Assembly: GCA_000934665.2 (NCBI GenBank)
Contig: KZ538377.1
Location: 1 to 64,000, forward strand
From: Catajapyx aquilonaris
Lineage: Eukaryota
Length of the DNA stretch: 64,000 bases
Direction of reading: 5' to 3'
How positions within the stretch are numbered: the stretch's first letter is position 1; each line of letters starts with the position of its first letter. Position numbers and translations under genes: made by a program. Shown here one piece after another: positions 51,822 through 64,000 of the stretch. A model generated the notes under the pieces. The model was not told the DNA's origin and ran no database searches. It saw nothing but the letters and a program-made list of their open reading frames with translations.

Positions 51822-53307
51822 TCGAATGATGTAGACGCTTTATCTGGCAAACCAGAGAGGTGAGGTACAACGCGTGTGGTGTCAATAACCGTTCGCTCGA
51901 AGGGAAATTGGAAACGAGCCAAGAACCGTTTTCTTCTTTCCTGGCGACGTATCTGCAAGTTTTGCGTCTCAAGACGCTTCTGTTTTTTCGGTTATTGGCT
52001 TCTCAGCCGCCCCAGCTTATCGGGTGTGAAATTGAGCACCCGAGTGGTTTTCCCATGAATGTGCACGCGGCGGTCTTAGCCAGGCTGTTACCGCTTGTCT
52101 GCACCCGGTACTACATCACTAGATATTTTTCCCTTGATCGTTACAAGATTTTCGCTGGGGTTGCCCGTTTCCATCAAACGGACTTCTCAACAATATTGGG
52201 AGCTGCGGAGGATTAACTTCGGGCTCCTAGAAGCCCCTGCAAAATAGACTTCCTGTTGTGCCAGAGGGCTGCTTAGGTTAGCGAACTGCCAGGATGAAAG
52301 GAGTAGCTCCAGGGCTGTTTTCAACCAAGTCAAAGGGTCTGGACTGCTCTAGTTCATGTTGTCTTAATTAATCGTGGTATGTAGGTGTCCCAAGAAAAAT
52401 AATTATAAATCCGGAAAATTAAATTTAAACAATTAATATCCTGGCAGATCAAGTGCCATTGTAATTAAACATACGAGTGGAAATTGCATGTCACCTGTAC
52501 AATGAGCACAATTACCTGGTATATTCCCTTCAATTAACACAAATTCTTTCAGTAACCAGACAATACCAATTCACAAATTATAATTAAACACCATGTATAA
52601 TGGGTTGTGTATGGATCGGTAAATTGTTGTGGATTTCCGCCAATCATGTGCAGGTTGACATGTGACAGCAGGGATGGCATGTTGCACTGTGATGGCCCCC
52701 TAACTTTGACGTGTTCCTGGCATACCTGCTGTACAATGCAGTAAACTTGGCGTAATGGAGTTTTAAAAAAGAAGGTCAGAGCTGCAATAGTTTTACGGGT
52801 TGGCTCCTTTTTATGCGAAAAACTTGTGCGAGAAAAGCTTGCAGGTTCAAAAATAATATTTTGCAATAAAAGGCAGAATACATTTTAGACATTAATTTGC
52901 ATTCCCCCCCACCTTCTCCGGGCATAAAATTTTAATTATTCCGAGTATTCTCTGTAGTTAAAACTTGATAAACATTTAAGTGTGGCGAATCCAATTCCCT
53001 GTGAGAATTCAGGCCCACAATGAGACCCCATAACTTGAGTGAAATATGCTGGTCATGTCTCCACTCTCCAGGCATTTCCCAAGCTTCTGCAAAACGTCAA
53101 GAGATAATACCCCCCTTTTGCCCCCCTTTTTATTCGCAATAACATCACCCCCATAATGGGCCTCTCCACTCGAAAAATTTCCTGTGGAAATAATAATAAA
53201 AAAAGGAAAAAGTGTTCCATCTTTAACGTCCGTGTTTAATATCCAGATTCGCACATTTCCCCCCGTCCGACTACTAATGGCTGTTCATTTTCTTCAATTC
53301 TATGCAG

Positions 53308-53523
53308 ATCCGTGCGAAGAAGTGACGTGCCCGGAATACCAGGTGTGCCAGCTAGATGAAGAAAGGAGACCTTTGTGTCGGTGCCACGAGCTCTGCTCCC
53401 TGGAATTCCAACCCGTTTGCGGATCAGACGGGAAAACATACGCCAACGAGTGCACCATGAAGCAAGAGGCCTGCAGGCTCAGGAGGAACTTGAGGATCAT
53501 CTACAGGGGGAAATGCAGCTCAG
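53308..53523 (+). CDS. agrn: Agrin-like exon, follistatin/Kazal domain (DPCEEVTCPEYQVC...PVCGSDGKTYANECTMKQEAC...RGKCSS)
   Basis: Branch-point-like ctactaat at about 53271, tatgcag| acceptor, CAG|GTCAGT donor at 53524. 216 nt, phase 1-1, 10 Cys. Confidence 0.93.
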
Positions 53524-53856
53524 GTCAGTCCGACATGTGGTATTGGCATATTCAGCAAAAGTTTTTTTGAATTGTTTATGAAAATTGCGCTTCCCACTTG
53601 TATTACTGAGCCCTCCCAGTTATTTGAATTTTTGGCATTTCGCCCGGGCTCTTTAGAGCGGTCCACGCGCTTTTTTTTAATGGGGTTATAAAACGTATTT
53701 ATATGCCAGCCTCATTTCTGCAATTTAGAGCCTTAATGGGGCCGGCTCCTTTCTGCCAAATATATGCCGACAGCACTGCTCGCTTTTGCCTTAGATATCT
53801 GAGCACTTCATTTGCTGGAAAGTTTTTGCGAGCCTGACAGTTTTGTGTTTGCCCAG

Positions 53857-54072
53857 GTGTGAATCCATGCGAGAATGTCCAGTGCAACGAGAACCAAGAG
53901 TGCGAGATCAACCGGTATGGTATTGCTCAGTGCAAATGTCCGGACGACTGCGAACATGTCATGAGGCCAGTCTGCGCATCAGATGGACTCACGTACGACA
54001 ACATATGCGAAATGCGAAAAGCTGGCTGCCAGCAAGAGAAGAAGATAGCTTTGGTGTACGCAGGCACTTGTG
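53857..54072 (+). CDS. agrn: Agrin-like exon, follistatin/Kazal domain (GVNPCENVQCNENQEC...PVCASDGLTYDNICEMRKAGC...YAGTC)
   Basis: ttttgtgtttgcccag| acceptor, G|GTGAGT donor at 54073. 216 nt, phase 1-1. Follows a 333-nt intron. Confidence 0.93.
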
Positions 54073-56828
54073 GTGAGTACACATTATTTTTACAGGACGA
54101 ATCTTCCTTCTTACTTGTTAGCTAATTATGCAGTTTCGGTTTAATTTTAAAGGTGATTTAACATGTTACGAGAGAGCAATATATAGGCTGACAATATGTT
54201 CCAATGTACTGTATGTGCTAAGCCTTCTGGGCACGACCCGATGCTTTGATGTCACGTGTGCATTCATCACAGAAATGGTCGTTTGAGAGCGGCATTTGCA
54301 GTCAAAGCTGGTAGAGGCGCGTCACATTTGCATTCTCTTTCATCTACCATGAAGATATTAACAAAATGTCGAATGTTTAATTACAGCTTTCATGGAATGT
54401 GCGTTGAAAATATTGTCAAGTGGACTGTTTTGATGGCAACAAAGCATTAAATTCATCCCAAGCACGTGCCGATCGCGTGACTAAAGACGCATTAATATCT
54501 GATATAAAATGTACAAGTATTAATTCCCCATCAACTCCCGCATGCAAAGTAATCCCACGTGAATTATTGGCACTAGCTCAAACTGCACGCGCACAGATTT
54601 GAAAACAACTGCAGTCTGGTCCTTGCCAAAATGAAACCTGTTCCGCGGTTGCAACCATAATGACATTGCATACAACCCTTGAAGCTAAACCGGCTCATCC
54701 TTACGCGCCAAGCATCGCAACAATCTGGTAATGAAGAATATGGAGAGCTAAGGCTAAATGTAATATTTAGTGTACAGTAGCTAGCGGCATGCAAGCCGCA
54801 TTGGTGAACCCCCGCAATTATAAACCCCCCCCCCATCTTGCCCCCCCAAAGCAAGCTAGAGCACACTGTAACTATAATTATATTCCCCTAGGGCCATTCC
54901 TCAAACGGCGGGAAAGTTGGAAAACCTCAAAGCTTGCCGCCAGGATGGGGAAAACCAGGAGAGGGAATGTGCAGCTTCATGTTATTAAGAAGCATTATTT
55001 CAGCTTACAACTTCTTCTTCAGTAGGAGACAGTCGAGAAAAAGGACAAAAAAATGTCATAAATTACAGACTTTAGTAGTGATCGAAGGTTGGAAGTAGGG
55101 GGGATAAACTTCTGCTATACAAACATGGGAGGTGGCATTGCTTGGATCTTCCAACCAACAAAAAAAAATTATCAAAAAAAGGAAGAAGAAGAGAAAAAAA
55201 ATCCTGGGAGCGAAGGAACGACGAAAATTTATATTAGGAGTTCCAGGGGCTTGGGTCTTCATGCTGCGTTCCAGGCATCGTTTTCATTCCTGAATTTTTC
55301 CTCTTCTTCTGGAAGATGAGAGCTATGGATGTCCCTGTTGGGATTTTGTCGAGTGGAATATTGAATCGTTTTATGCAATGGTATGGAGAGCTTGTGGATG
55401 ATATATGGAAATGGGCCTTCTTTTTAAAATTGCATTTTGGGAGCTCTGTTATTATCAGGGAAGGGAAAGTATGGCGGGTTTGCACGTATTTTTTGGTGGT
55501 GAGGAAAATGGCAGCCAGGTTTTATAGTCTGGTTGGTGTAAATTGCTCCAAACTGATGGGGGTGCAATAATAATAAAATTGTGCACGTTCTGTGATTTTA
55601 TCATGTACAGGGTTGTGCACTGCCTCTGTTGACATCCCCAACACTTACAGTGGTTAAATATCGTAAGGGATTTCTCTTTTGTACTGTACACATCAGATAT
55701 TCCAGCAAAAAATCCAACCATTCATAGCGTCATGTTTAGAGCACAAGCGTTGAGAACTGTATAACTTTTATTATTACACGGTGTAATAACCTGGAGCGCT
55801 GTTTGCACTGTTCAACAACCCCGTTAAAAAAGGCGATGCAATATCCCATCGAAGTTCAGCATTCGGACTGTTTATGTGGATTTGAACTCAATAAATCTAA
55901 TATCTCCGTAAATCCTTCAGGAAAAGTCGTAAAGAAAAAAATATATCTGAAGAATCAATATTGGCAATTGGAAGAAGAGAAAAAAAACTGCGAGTCTTCC
56001 CCCTCCTTACTACCCCCACCCTATAAAAGGTAATCCTTCTCGCCAACACCAGCGATTTATATCCGAGCTCAAGTAACGGGAAAACCCTATTTTCTCTGAA
56101 CCCAATCGAGTAGTGGGAACTTTGAAAAGCAATTAGGAAATTACTGTCCTGAATCATTTTGCTGAAACAGCGACTGCGCCCCAGGGCCGCCCTTGGCATC
56201 AGCCTAGATCTAGAACCCCAGTCTGAATGAAAACTTATTTCCTCGTCGACAGTCGATAAAAGTCGAAGAGAAGAATAAGCCGATGTGGAACGAGAACGGA
56301 CAATAAGGATTCCCATTTGAGATTAGCACACCCCCCAGTTTCCTTTGTGGAGCTTCTGGGAAAAGCCTACCCATCTGCAGATTAATTTCCGTCGGATAAT
56401 GCCCCCATTCGCACCCATTCTGGAACCGGTTTTTTTTGGAACGGGTGAGGAGATTACAAAACATTTGCTCTCTGCCTTTGAATTGTTATTTCCGAAAATT
56501 AGCATGTTCTTAAGGAAGGGTTGTCAAACTTATATTTTTTTCCCCCAGCCAAGACTGCTAATGCACACATTAGGTTGGGTTGCCATTTTATGGTGGCTCT
56601 TTCCTCCCATCAACTTTGTACCAACCGCAAAAGGAGCAAAAATCGATGGGGAAGTGCACCGAGCTGGAAATGAGAGAAAGGCACTACGCTAGAATGGGCC
56701 TTGAATGAAATTTTCGCATCCTGTCCCTTATGCAACCCTCCAGGGCGTGCTTTCCGCCTGGGAGGCCTACCGTGCACTGCATCCATTATTTTGCGGTTCA
56801 CAAAATTTTTTTTACGGAGTCTTGATAT

Positions 56829-57037
56829 AGCCTGTAATGCTGAAGTGGTTTAGCCCACAGCCTTACCACTTCTGAGATCCCGAGTTTGATCCCTGGATCA
56901 TGCAGAGAGTTTTCTCACGTGGAAGGAGTTTCGATAGGTTTGCTTTTGTGAAAGTCTAGAAGCTTAAAATCTGTCATCAGCAGCGCAGTGACTTAACAAC
57001 AACAACAACAACAACAACAACAATAATAATAATAATA

Positions 57038-57117
<80 letters not shown>
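56829..57117 (+). mobile_element. tRNA-derived SINE-like element with an (AAC)n(AAT)n tail
   Basis: A-box-like tgctgaagtgg (56838-56848) and B-box-like gtttgatcc (56884-56892) at tRNA spacing, about 100 nt of body, then a simple-repeat tail from 56995. Confidence 0.6.
56995..57117. repeat. Compound (AAC)~9(AAT)~32 microsatellite
   Basis: Direct reading; one AGT interruption. Confidence 0.97.
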
Positions 57118-57119
<2 letters not shown>

Positions 57120-59014
57120 CTGGTGAACTAGGAGCCACTTGACATTAATATTGTGTTGACATTTGTGTCAATGAAAATCTCTGTTTGCAAATAAGTTCTC
57201 ATTTAAATTATGCATGGCTTCCGTTACTCTGCGGACGATTAAATATTCTGCGAACGAACAGCATTCAACATTCAGAGCTGCAGACCAAGGAAGGGTTTAA
57301 TTTATGAAGTTGCGTAGAACATTAATTCATGTGTATGCTGTTCTTGGGCACTTCGCATCATCTGATGTCTGCTTGAGTTTGCAGCCTGAATCCTTCGCGA
57401 TGTGCTTTATCGGATCATTAATTCTTTAGTAGGCCTACTTTCTGCATAATGACTGAAGCCAGTCAATAGCTACGAGGTTGATAAAGAGGTTGAAGAGCAA
57501 AACCCAGGGGGAGTCAGAATTTTGTCTTTCATAATGTCAGCATGCATAATACACAGGGCTATTCAACTTCCTTCGACATATTTCTAATACGATTGATTGT
57601 GACAATTTTGGATATATTACTGTTATGCGAATGACGAAACATAAATTCGATGCGATTATCTGCTTCGTGGTAGGAAATCAACTGGAGCAATTTTGTCGTG
57701 CTCATCACACCATGTATCATGTCAAATTACCGGGAATTTAAAATAATGAGGTCAATGTGAATCGAAGCTGAAGTTGTAGCAAAATTGTTTTGGCAAACAT
57801 ATCTCGTTCATACGCTCCTCCAGGTATGTTTAAGCCCCTTCAACGTTGACTCGCATGAGTGAATATTTACTCTAGACAATTTCTTACAAAAAAAAATCCT
57901 GAGGAAACACCCGGGACAGCATCCCAAGCCTTCCCCAACCAATCCAGACTTGCTCCAGAATCTTGATCCGGGAGAGGCCAGGAGGACGGAAAGGGCCTGA
58001 TTAGCCCAAAGGTAGAAGAAACTCCTGCCATCGTTTTCCGGAGACAAACTCCGGCACACTGCAAACTTCTAAGCTCATTAGCGCGCCAGGCTGCCTTGCT
58101 TCCACTTCCCCAAAACCTGTGACTATAGCAACACGGGGCCTCGACGCCTAGGGCACAAAAACCAGGCTATGCCCCACATAATTCATGTACTCGAGCCTCT
58201 CACCAAAAGCGGACTGCCCGATACTACCAGTTGTCTCAAAAATTCAATCCCCCTTTTTTTCCAGCCTCGTAATTGCATCAGGTACAGAACTGCATATGGC
58301 AGCCCTATTATTTACCACATGAGGCATGAAACTCGTTAATGCATTCGTTCCCCCACAAAATGCACAGCCCGGGGATCTCCACTTTTTTTTTTTTCCAACC
58401 CATGAATTTTTCACAACACATCGGAGTTCATTGCACGGAACCATTTTTTAAGCGTATATACACCAGCAGGACATACTTTATAGTTGGAGTTCAACAGGTT
58501 CTCTTGACTTAAAAACTTCTTCCACAACCTGAATTCGGTTCATGGCCAATTGCGTCTTTTTGGCTCGGGGGGGGGGNTGCACTCACATGAAATAGTCTCG
58601 TCCACTTCCTATAATTTATAGGCACGGAGTTGGCGGTGCCAGATTGTCTGCTGCTCCAGAATGAGTTGGTTGAAACGTCACGAGTTTTATGGAGGACTAA
58701 CCATATACGTTGGGTGTGTGCACACATTGTCAAATAAAACGCGTGTAGTTATCGACCACTTCTTGCTAGAGGCATGAGCACCTGCTTGAAAACGCGAGGT
58801 GGAAATGAATGGTGGGAGTCCATTAGTGAGAAGTTATGGCTCCCAGAATCTCATAATATCACGGACAAGCTCCACGAAATTTCATTCCTTGGTCTCCAAT
58901 CGCTACTGGCTCTATCGAGAGGTAAATCAGCCCTGAAAACCAGACGTTCCTGTAAAAAATTCATTCCAGGATTGAACTTGTGTTGTCTGGAAGGCAGATT
59001 TTCCACCACATTTT

Positions 59015-59505
59015 GCACCAATCAGAAGCTACAGCCTCGTAACTTTTAAAAAGGTCATTAATGTTAAAATTAGCCGCTGAAGGCAAAAGAACCGTTGATG
59101 CTTAAAATAGCTGCTAATGCTAAAGAACTGCTAGGCTTAAACTAGCAGCTAATGCTAAAATCACTGTGCTTAAAATAGCAGCCACTGCTCAAAATAGCTG
59201 CTCATGCTAAAGAACTGCTAGGCTTAAACTAGCAGCTAATGCTAAAATCACTGGGCTTAAACTAGCAGCTAATGCTAAAATCACTGGGCTTAAACTAGCA
59301 GCTAATGCTAAAATCACTGGGCTTAAACTAGCAGCTAATGCTAAAATCCCTGGGCTTAAAATAGCAGCCACTGCTAAAAATAGCGCATAACCTAAAGAAC
59401 TGCTAGGCTTAAACTAGCAGCTAATGCTAAAATCACTGGGCTAAAAATAGCAGTCGCTGCTAAAAATATCGCATAGCGCTAAAATTAGCAAACGACGTTT
59501 GTAGT
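59015..59505 (+). repeat. Dispersed element with an internal ~33-bp minisatellite (ttaaactagcagctaatgctaaaatcactgggc)n, copy 1
   Basis: About 10 variant units at 59100-59460. The unique head (aatcag.agctac...aacttttaaaaa...taatgttaaaattagccgct) and tail (agcaaa..acgtt) are shared with 61077-61317. Confidence 0.85.
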
Positions 59506-59553
59506 TAGTGGACAATATGAATCGAGGTGTGAAATAAGTATTTTCTTCCACAG

Positions 59554-59766
59554 AACACATGGGACCGTGTGCCAGCTGGACTTGCCAACATGGCGGGATG
59601 TGCGTTGAGAGAATGGGTCGAGCTGTGTGCGAATGCCCAACGTGCAGTGCAGAGTTCGATCCAGTGTGCGGTTCAGATGGGATCAGCTACAACAACGACT
59701 GCAAGCTCAGACTAGAGGCCTGCCAACAGAGGAAGGAAATCAACGTGCTCTACAAGGGACTTTGCA
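59554..59766 (+). CDS. agrn: Agrin-like exon, follistatin/Kazal domain (EHMGPCASWTCQHGGMC...PVCGSDGISYNNDCKLRLEAC...YKGLC)
   Basis: ttttcttccacag| acceptor, A|GTAAGT donor at 59767. 213 nt, phase 1-1, 10 Cys. Confidence 0.93.
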
Positions 59767-60132
59767 GTAAGTTTTTCGGGATATAGTGGAGCTCTATAGA
59801 AAGAGCACGCCAACCGAGATCTCATCGATTTCAATTTTTTTTAAATAAGCCCTCAAAATTGCCTGTTTCCATACCATCCTAGTGTAAGTATTAAAAAGTG
59901 GGATGGGGAGGTGGATGTTCCCAGGACTAAACGGAAAATGCCGCATTTAATATGTGGAAACGGGCTCTTTTATTGCGGGAACTGCAGTCATTTTTGGATC
60001 GTTTGATCCCATGCGTTATGCATTGTCAGTGATCTAACATGGGTTCAGGCTGTCGCAATAAAATTGCCCTGCCCTGGGGGCCATTCAGAATAATAACGTA
60101 CATCGTACATCTCTGTAATACTCTGATGACCT

Positions 60133-60414
60133 CACTCGCAAAAAGATGAATATTTAGTCGAACGAACCAAAATGTTTCATTCAACCAAATAGCTAACATA
60201 GGTTCTGCCAAACGTTTGGTTGACAAAACCAACATTTCGGTTACCGAGGTTAACACAGTCGAGTTGTTTTGGTTGTCCTGACTAAATATTTGGTTGAAAC
60301 ATATTATCCGTCAACCAGTTTTTCAATGTGACTAATATAATTTTCGACGCAATAACCTAATTTATCTCAACCAGCGAGTTTTAGTTACTTCAACAATGTC
60401 TCTTTTTTTCAGTG
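60133..60414. mobile_element. Non-autonomous DNA element with CACT...AGTG termini and subterminal repeats (CACTA/EnSpm-like)
   Basis: Ends cactcgcaaaaaga ... tctttttttcagtg. The internal motif tcaacca(aa)/(tt)tggttga is repeated in both orientations. Confidence 0.5.
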
Positions 60415-61076
60415 TAACCGGTAACATTACAGAGTGTGCAGTAGACTAACAAAATATGCTATGGGAAAATTATCAACATGCAGGATAGATATCAAATGCT
60501 ATAAAAATTAAGTCCGGCCGTTTCCCAGCCAGCTACCCATTATCGTGGCTGACCAATTACAGCCAGTGTGAAAGGGCTATAAAACCACAGTAACTCTATT
60601 CCCTTAATGATGGAAATGAAGACCGGAACGAACCGATGTGACGCTCGTTCACCATTTTCCTTTTCGTTTTCGGAGAGCCGTCCCGCAAGTAGTCAGTTTA
60701 AAACCAAAAAAAACTTTGGGACGTGACTGATGACAGCCCAGGGGAGAGGCTGAGTCTAATTAGAACTTTGCCGTTAATTGCATCTGCCTGCTCATCACGA
60801 CCGCAGCTATTTATTATCCAATCCCTCATCCAATTTTATGGTATCGAAGCTGAACAGGCTAATGAAGTTGGCCCCGGTATGTTTTCGCTCAGAATTTTCA
60901 ATGAACCCACACCCCGCCGGTATTATTTCCAATATTATTTCAGCAGATAAGCCGATCAGTTATTGGTACAAGGTGAGTAATCGCGACGTCGTCGCTGCGG
61001 CCATGATTAATCATCGCTTATCACTAGTCCCTCTTCCTACTAGCGACGGGAAAATATAAGCAATGCAGCTAACCCT

Positions 61077-61317
61077 GCTACAAATCAGCAGCTACTGATG
61101 AACTTGCCAGATAACTTTTAAAAAATGGCCGTTAATGTTAAAATTAGCCGCTAAAAGCAAAAGAACTGCTAGACTTCAACTATAGCAGTTAATGCTAAAA
61201 GAACTTTGGGTTGAAAATAGCAGCTAATTCTAAAATAACTTTGGGCTGAAAATATCAGTCACTGCTAAAATAGCAGATAACGTTAATGTAAGCAAATAAC
61301 GTTAAAATTCGTAGCTG
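61077..61317 (+). repeat. Second, shorter and more diverged copy of the minisatellite-bearing element
   Basis: ttaatgttaaaattagccgctaaaagcaaaagaactgctag matches 59058-59093, followed by a few diverged aaaatagcagctaat units. Confidence 0.8.
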
Positions 61318-63950
61318 CTTAATATTTTTAGCACTTTTTCCCATCACTAAGTCATATTTCCCCACCCAAAATTTGTAATAATGGGTCGAGTCGAAAAGGC
61401 CTGTACTGAACTGCCCTCCTCTCTCTTCTCCGGTGCTGACGAAGATTTAATCCGTGACTTTAGCAGTGATGGTAAGCCCTTTGCCCAAAGTGCTCGTCTC
61501 TGGCTTCTACGGTGCACTCTGCTATTTCCTTACCACCCTGCTCCTTCACTCTCACCCCTTCTTCCTATCCCTTTTCTTCGTCAAAGTCCTGCGAACTGGG
61601 AGGGGGACACACCAAAAAAGAAAATGTAATGGACTCTCTCGCCTTCGCTTTGTGAAAACCGCGTGAAGGTCTTGCAGCGACAGTTAAGGTGGATTAGGGT
61701 GTTATGGTGGCTGCGGCCGAAAATGGCGTTCGGTAATGGATGCTGCTGTTGATATTACTCAGCTTGCAGTGGTATAGCGCTCGGAAAATTACGCTCCACT
61801 GGCCTGGAAGTACTACGCCAAGATAACCTTTCCCCGGGCCAAATAAGTGCCTCGCAGTTGAACAGCGACACTGTTTCAATGGGGCTCGTTACGTCGCTGT
61901 TCCGACTCTACGATGCTCGGAATAAGATGTGGGATGCCGTACAAAATAAAATAAGGTTGCTGAAAAATGCTTGGGAGAAACCTACTGAAGTCCGGCAGTT
62001 TATTGTTACAAAAAGCCATAAGCATGTTTTTTTTTTCTTCAGTGTGCTGATGTGGGAAGTTTCCAACCTGCCTGGGGTTTCATTGTTGATATTGGATATT
62101 TTTCGAAACTGTTGCTGGGAATGGGGAGCCGGAACTTGCAGGAGAATGTTGAGCATCCAGTGTACATGAGGCCATTCTCATGCAAAAGTTTGGAGGAAAC
62201 GGGGGGGCTTGGCCACTGGTATTTTAGCCACAAAATATGGAAGCTGCATTGCGAGTATTATATGGTAAGACCTGGTGATGATTAATTGCCTTATTTTGCC
62301 TACAGTGTTTTGTTGGAAAATTCGCCTTTTCGAATGTAACTTGAAAGCAAAATGCAACTGCATATTATGCGAAACTCGTCTGCAGTGAATTTAATGTTTG
62401 TCTTGGTAAAAGCTGGGGTAGTATACTTTACACAAATGTAGCTCATGGATGAATTACATTCATCAGAGTTTGTACATGAACTGCATGTATTGACTATTCA
62501 ATTACAGTTCGGACTGGCCTCGCAGCCTGCAAAAGTTCAATGTAGCTACTCTACAGAGCCTGTACAGTAAAGACACTGTAGCAGCGATACTAAAGCGCAG
62601 TTTTTTCACCAAGTTAAAGCGAGAGTGCTATTGGAAGGAAGGATAATGCGATCAACAGGTGGTGGGAGGGGGGTGGGGCGGGTGTCCAAAACAAACTTAA
62701 TTTCCTGGCAAACTTTGGTCGCAGTTTCCTCCACCTGTATACCTCCCGATAAAGCTACAGAACAATGAAGAAAAAGTGGACATGGGCTACATCAAAAGTA
62801 ACCCGTTGGACCCCAAGGGAGAAGAGGGCAGAAAAAGCAAGGCAATTTTTATTACTTACACACAGGTGGGGAAACAAAGGGCACATACTGCTTTTTCATA
62901 TCGCTATTATTAGTTTACCATTTCCGCCTAAATAACTAGAGAATGCGTACTGTAGTGTTGTGATACTTCCAAATCCCAGGTCGCCTGTTGATCGCACCAT
63001 GTCTCTTGGAGAAAAAAAAACTTTTCTTCCTGCACACAGCACTTTCTTCCATCCCCCCTCCAATCTCTCTATCTTTCCTCACACCCTTTTTGCAAGCGAT
63101 TTCAGCACCGATATCACTGCACTAGCACACTCTTTGGCCTCGATCACACCCCTTGTCTTTACTTGTCTTCCCTTGTGACGCTCTTTTCTGGCAGTTATAT
63201 GCACATTCTCCAACGTGTGGCCAAGTTTAACTCTCATGCTTTTAGCCACTATTTTAATATAATAATTCAGAAAGGCGGATTCGGCTCGAATTTCTAACCG
63301 TGTAAAATTAATCCAAATATTAGGGAATTATGTAAATTTTGCACTGTATTCACTGCTTGTTCTTACAGTTAAAAAAGTAGTTTCGTCGCATTGCACCATA
63401 TTCAGATTCGTATTATTGCACACGGTTATTTCGGAGCATGAGAGTTACCTTTGCCCCCAAGCCTATGTATAACGACACATCTGTCTCTTTGTGTGTGTTT
63501 TAAGTGTGTGCCTCGCTTGCCCGAGCCAGCCAAAGAAAAGCACTCAGCATAACCGACGTCACTTTTATGCACCTTTCTTTCCGCACATCACCCGCCCAAA
63601 ATCTGAATGTTTTTCTTGCACTTGTTTCGTGCACGTGCCTGTATACCGAAAAATGAAAACCTTCCGACGGACCACGCGACACGGAGACAGAGAGAGAGAG
63701 CCAACCACTGCTGGACCATCATTTTTTTTATTTAGCAAATTGTATCGACCATATAGCCCCCCCCCCCCCAATCTCTGCGAAAAGCTGCCATTAAATGGAG
63801 GAAACCGGATATTTCTCAGAGTTCACCTTGGATTTTACATGACACAAAAACATACATTGGTGTGCATTGCATGTATGTTTGTAATCGGTGTCACTCACTG
63901 GTGTATGGTCAGCACAACTTGCAGTGTTTGACATTGTTGTTTATTTACAG

Positions 63951-63991
63951 ATGGATGTGAGAATAAGCAGTGCGACTTTTACGCCGTGTGT
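63951..63991 (+). CDS. agrn: Start of the next agrin-like follistatin exon (NGCENKQCDFYAVC...), cut by N/poly-C and the window end
   Basis: ttgttgtttatttacag| acceptor. Joins the previous exon in frame (A|AT = Asn). C-x4-C-x5-C follistatin N-terminal pattern. Not in the ORF track. Confidence 0.85.
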
Positions 63992-64000
63992 NCCCCCCCC

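Noticed and set aside
56829..56905. tRNA gene
   Set aside because: Degenerate boxes, no proper cloverleaf or poly-T terminator; better explained as a SINE head.

Overview
Eukaryotic (arthropod-type invertebrate) genomic DNA. The whole window lies inside one large + strand gene: six widely spaced phase-1 exons (2156-2368, 39641-39877, 53308-53523, 53857-54072, 59554-59766, 63951-window end) splice in frame into a tandem array of 10-Cys follistatin/Kazal domains, matching the N-terminal part of agrin. Two things stand out. (1) The second exon looks dual-use: it has an in-frame internal acceptor (AG at 39639-39640), and it also extends upstream to a well-contexted ATG at 39541 encoding a signal-peptide-like leader, implying a shorter secreted isoform from an intronic promoter. 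(2) The 37-kb intron hides an antisense multi-exon gene relic (about 9550 to 4200, minus strand) that the ORF track mostly misses. It has an F-box-like N-terminus and an internally duplicated two-exon module with identical intron phases and two 112-nt exons (MECLxxK[LI]G), but it carries stops and frameshifts. The rest is intronic DNA with a 147-bp tandem repeat, several MITE-like elements, a tRNA-derived SINE, minisatellite-bearing elements, microsatellites and assembly Ns. All calls were made by eye, without database searches.
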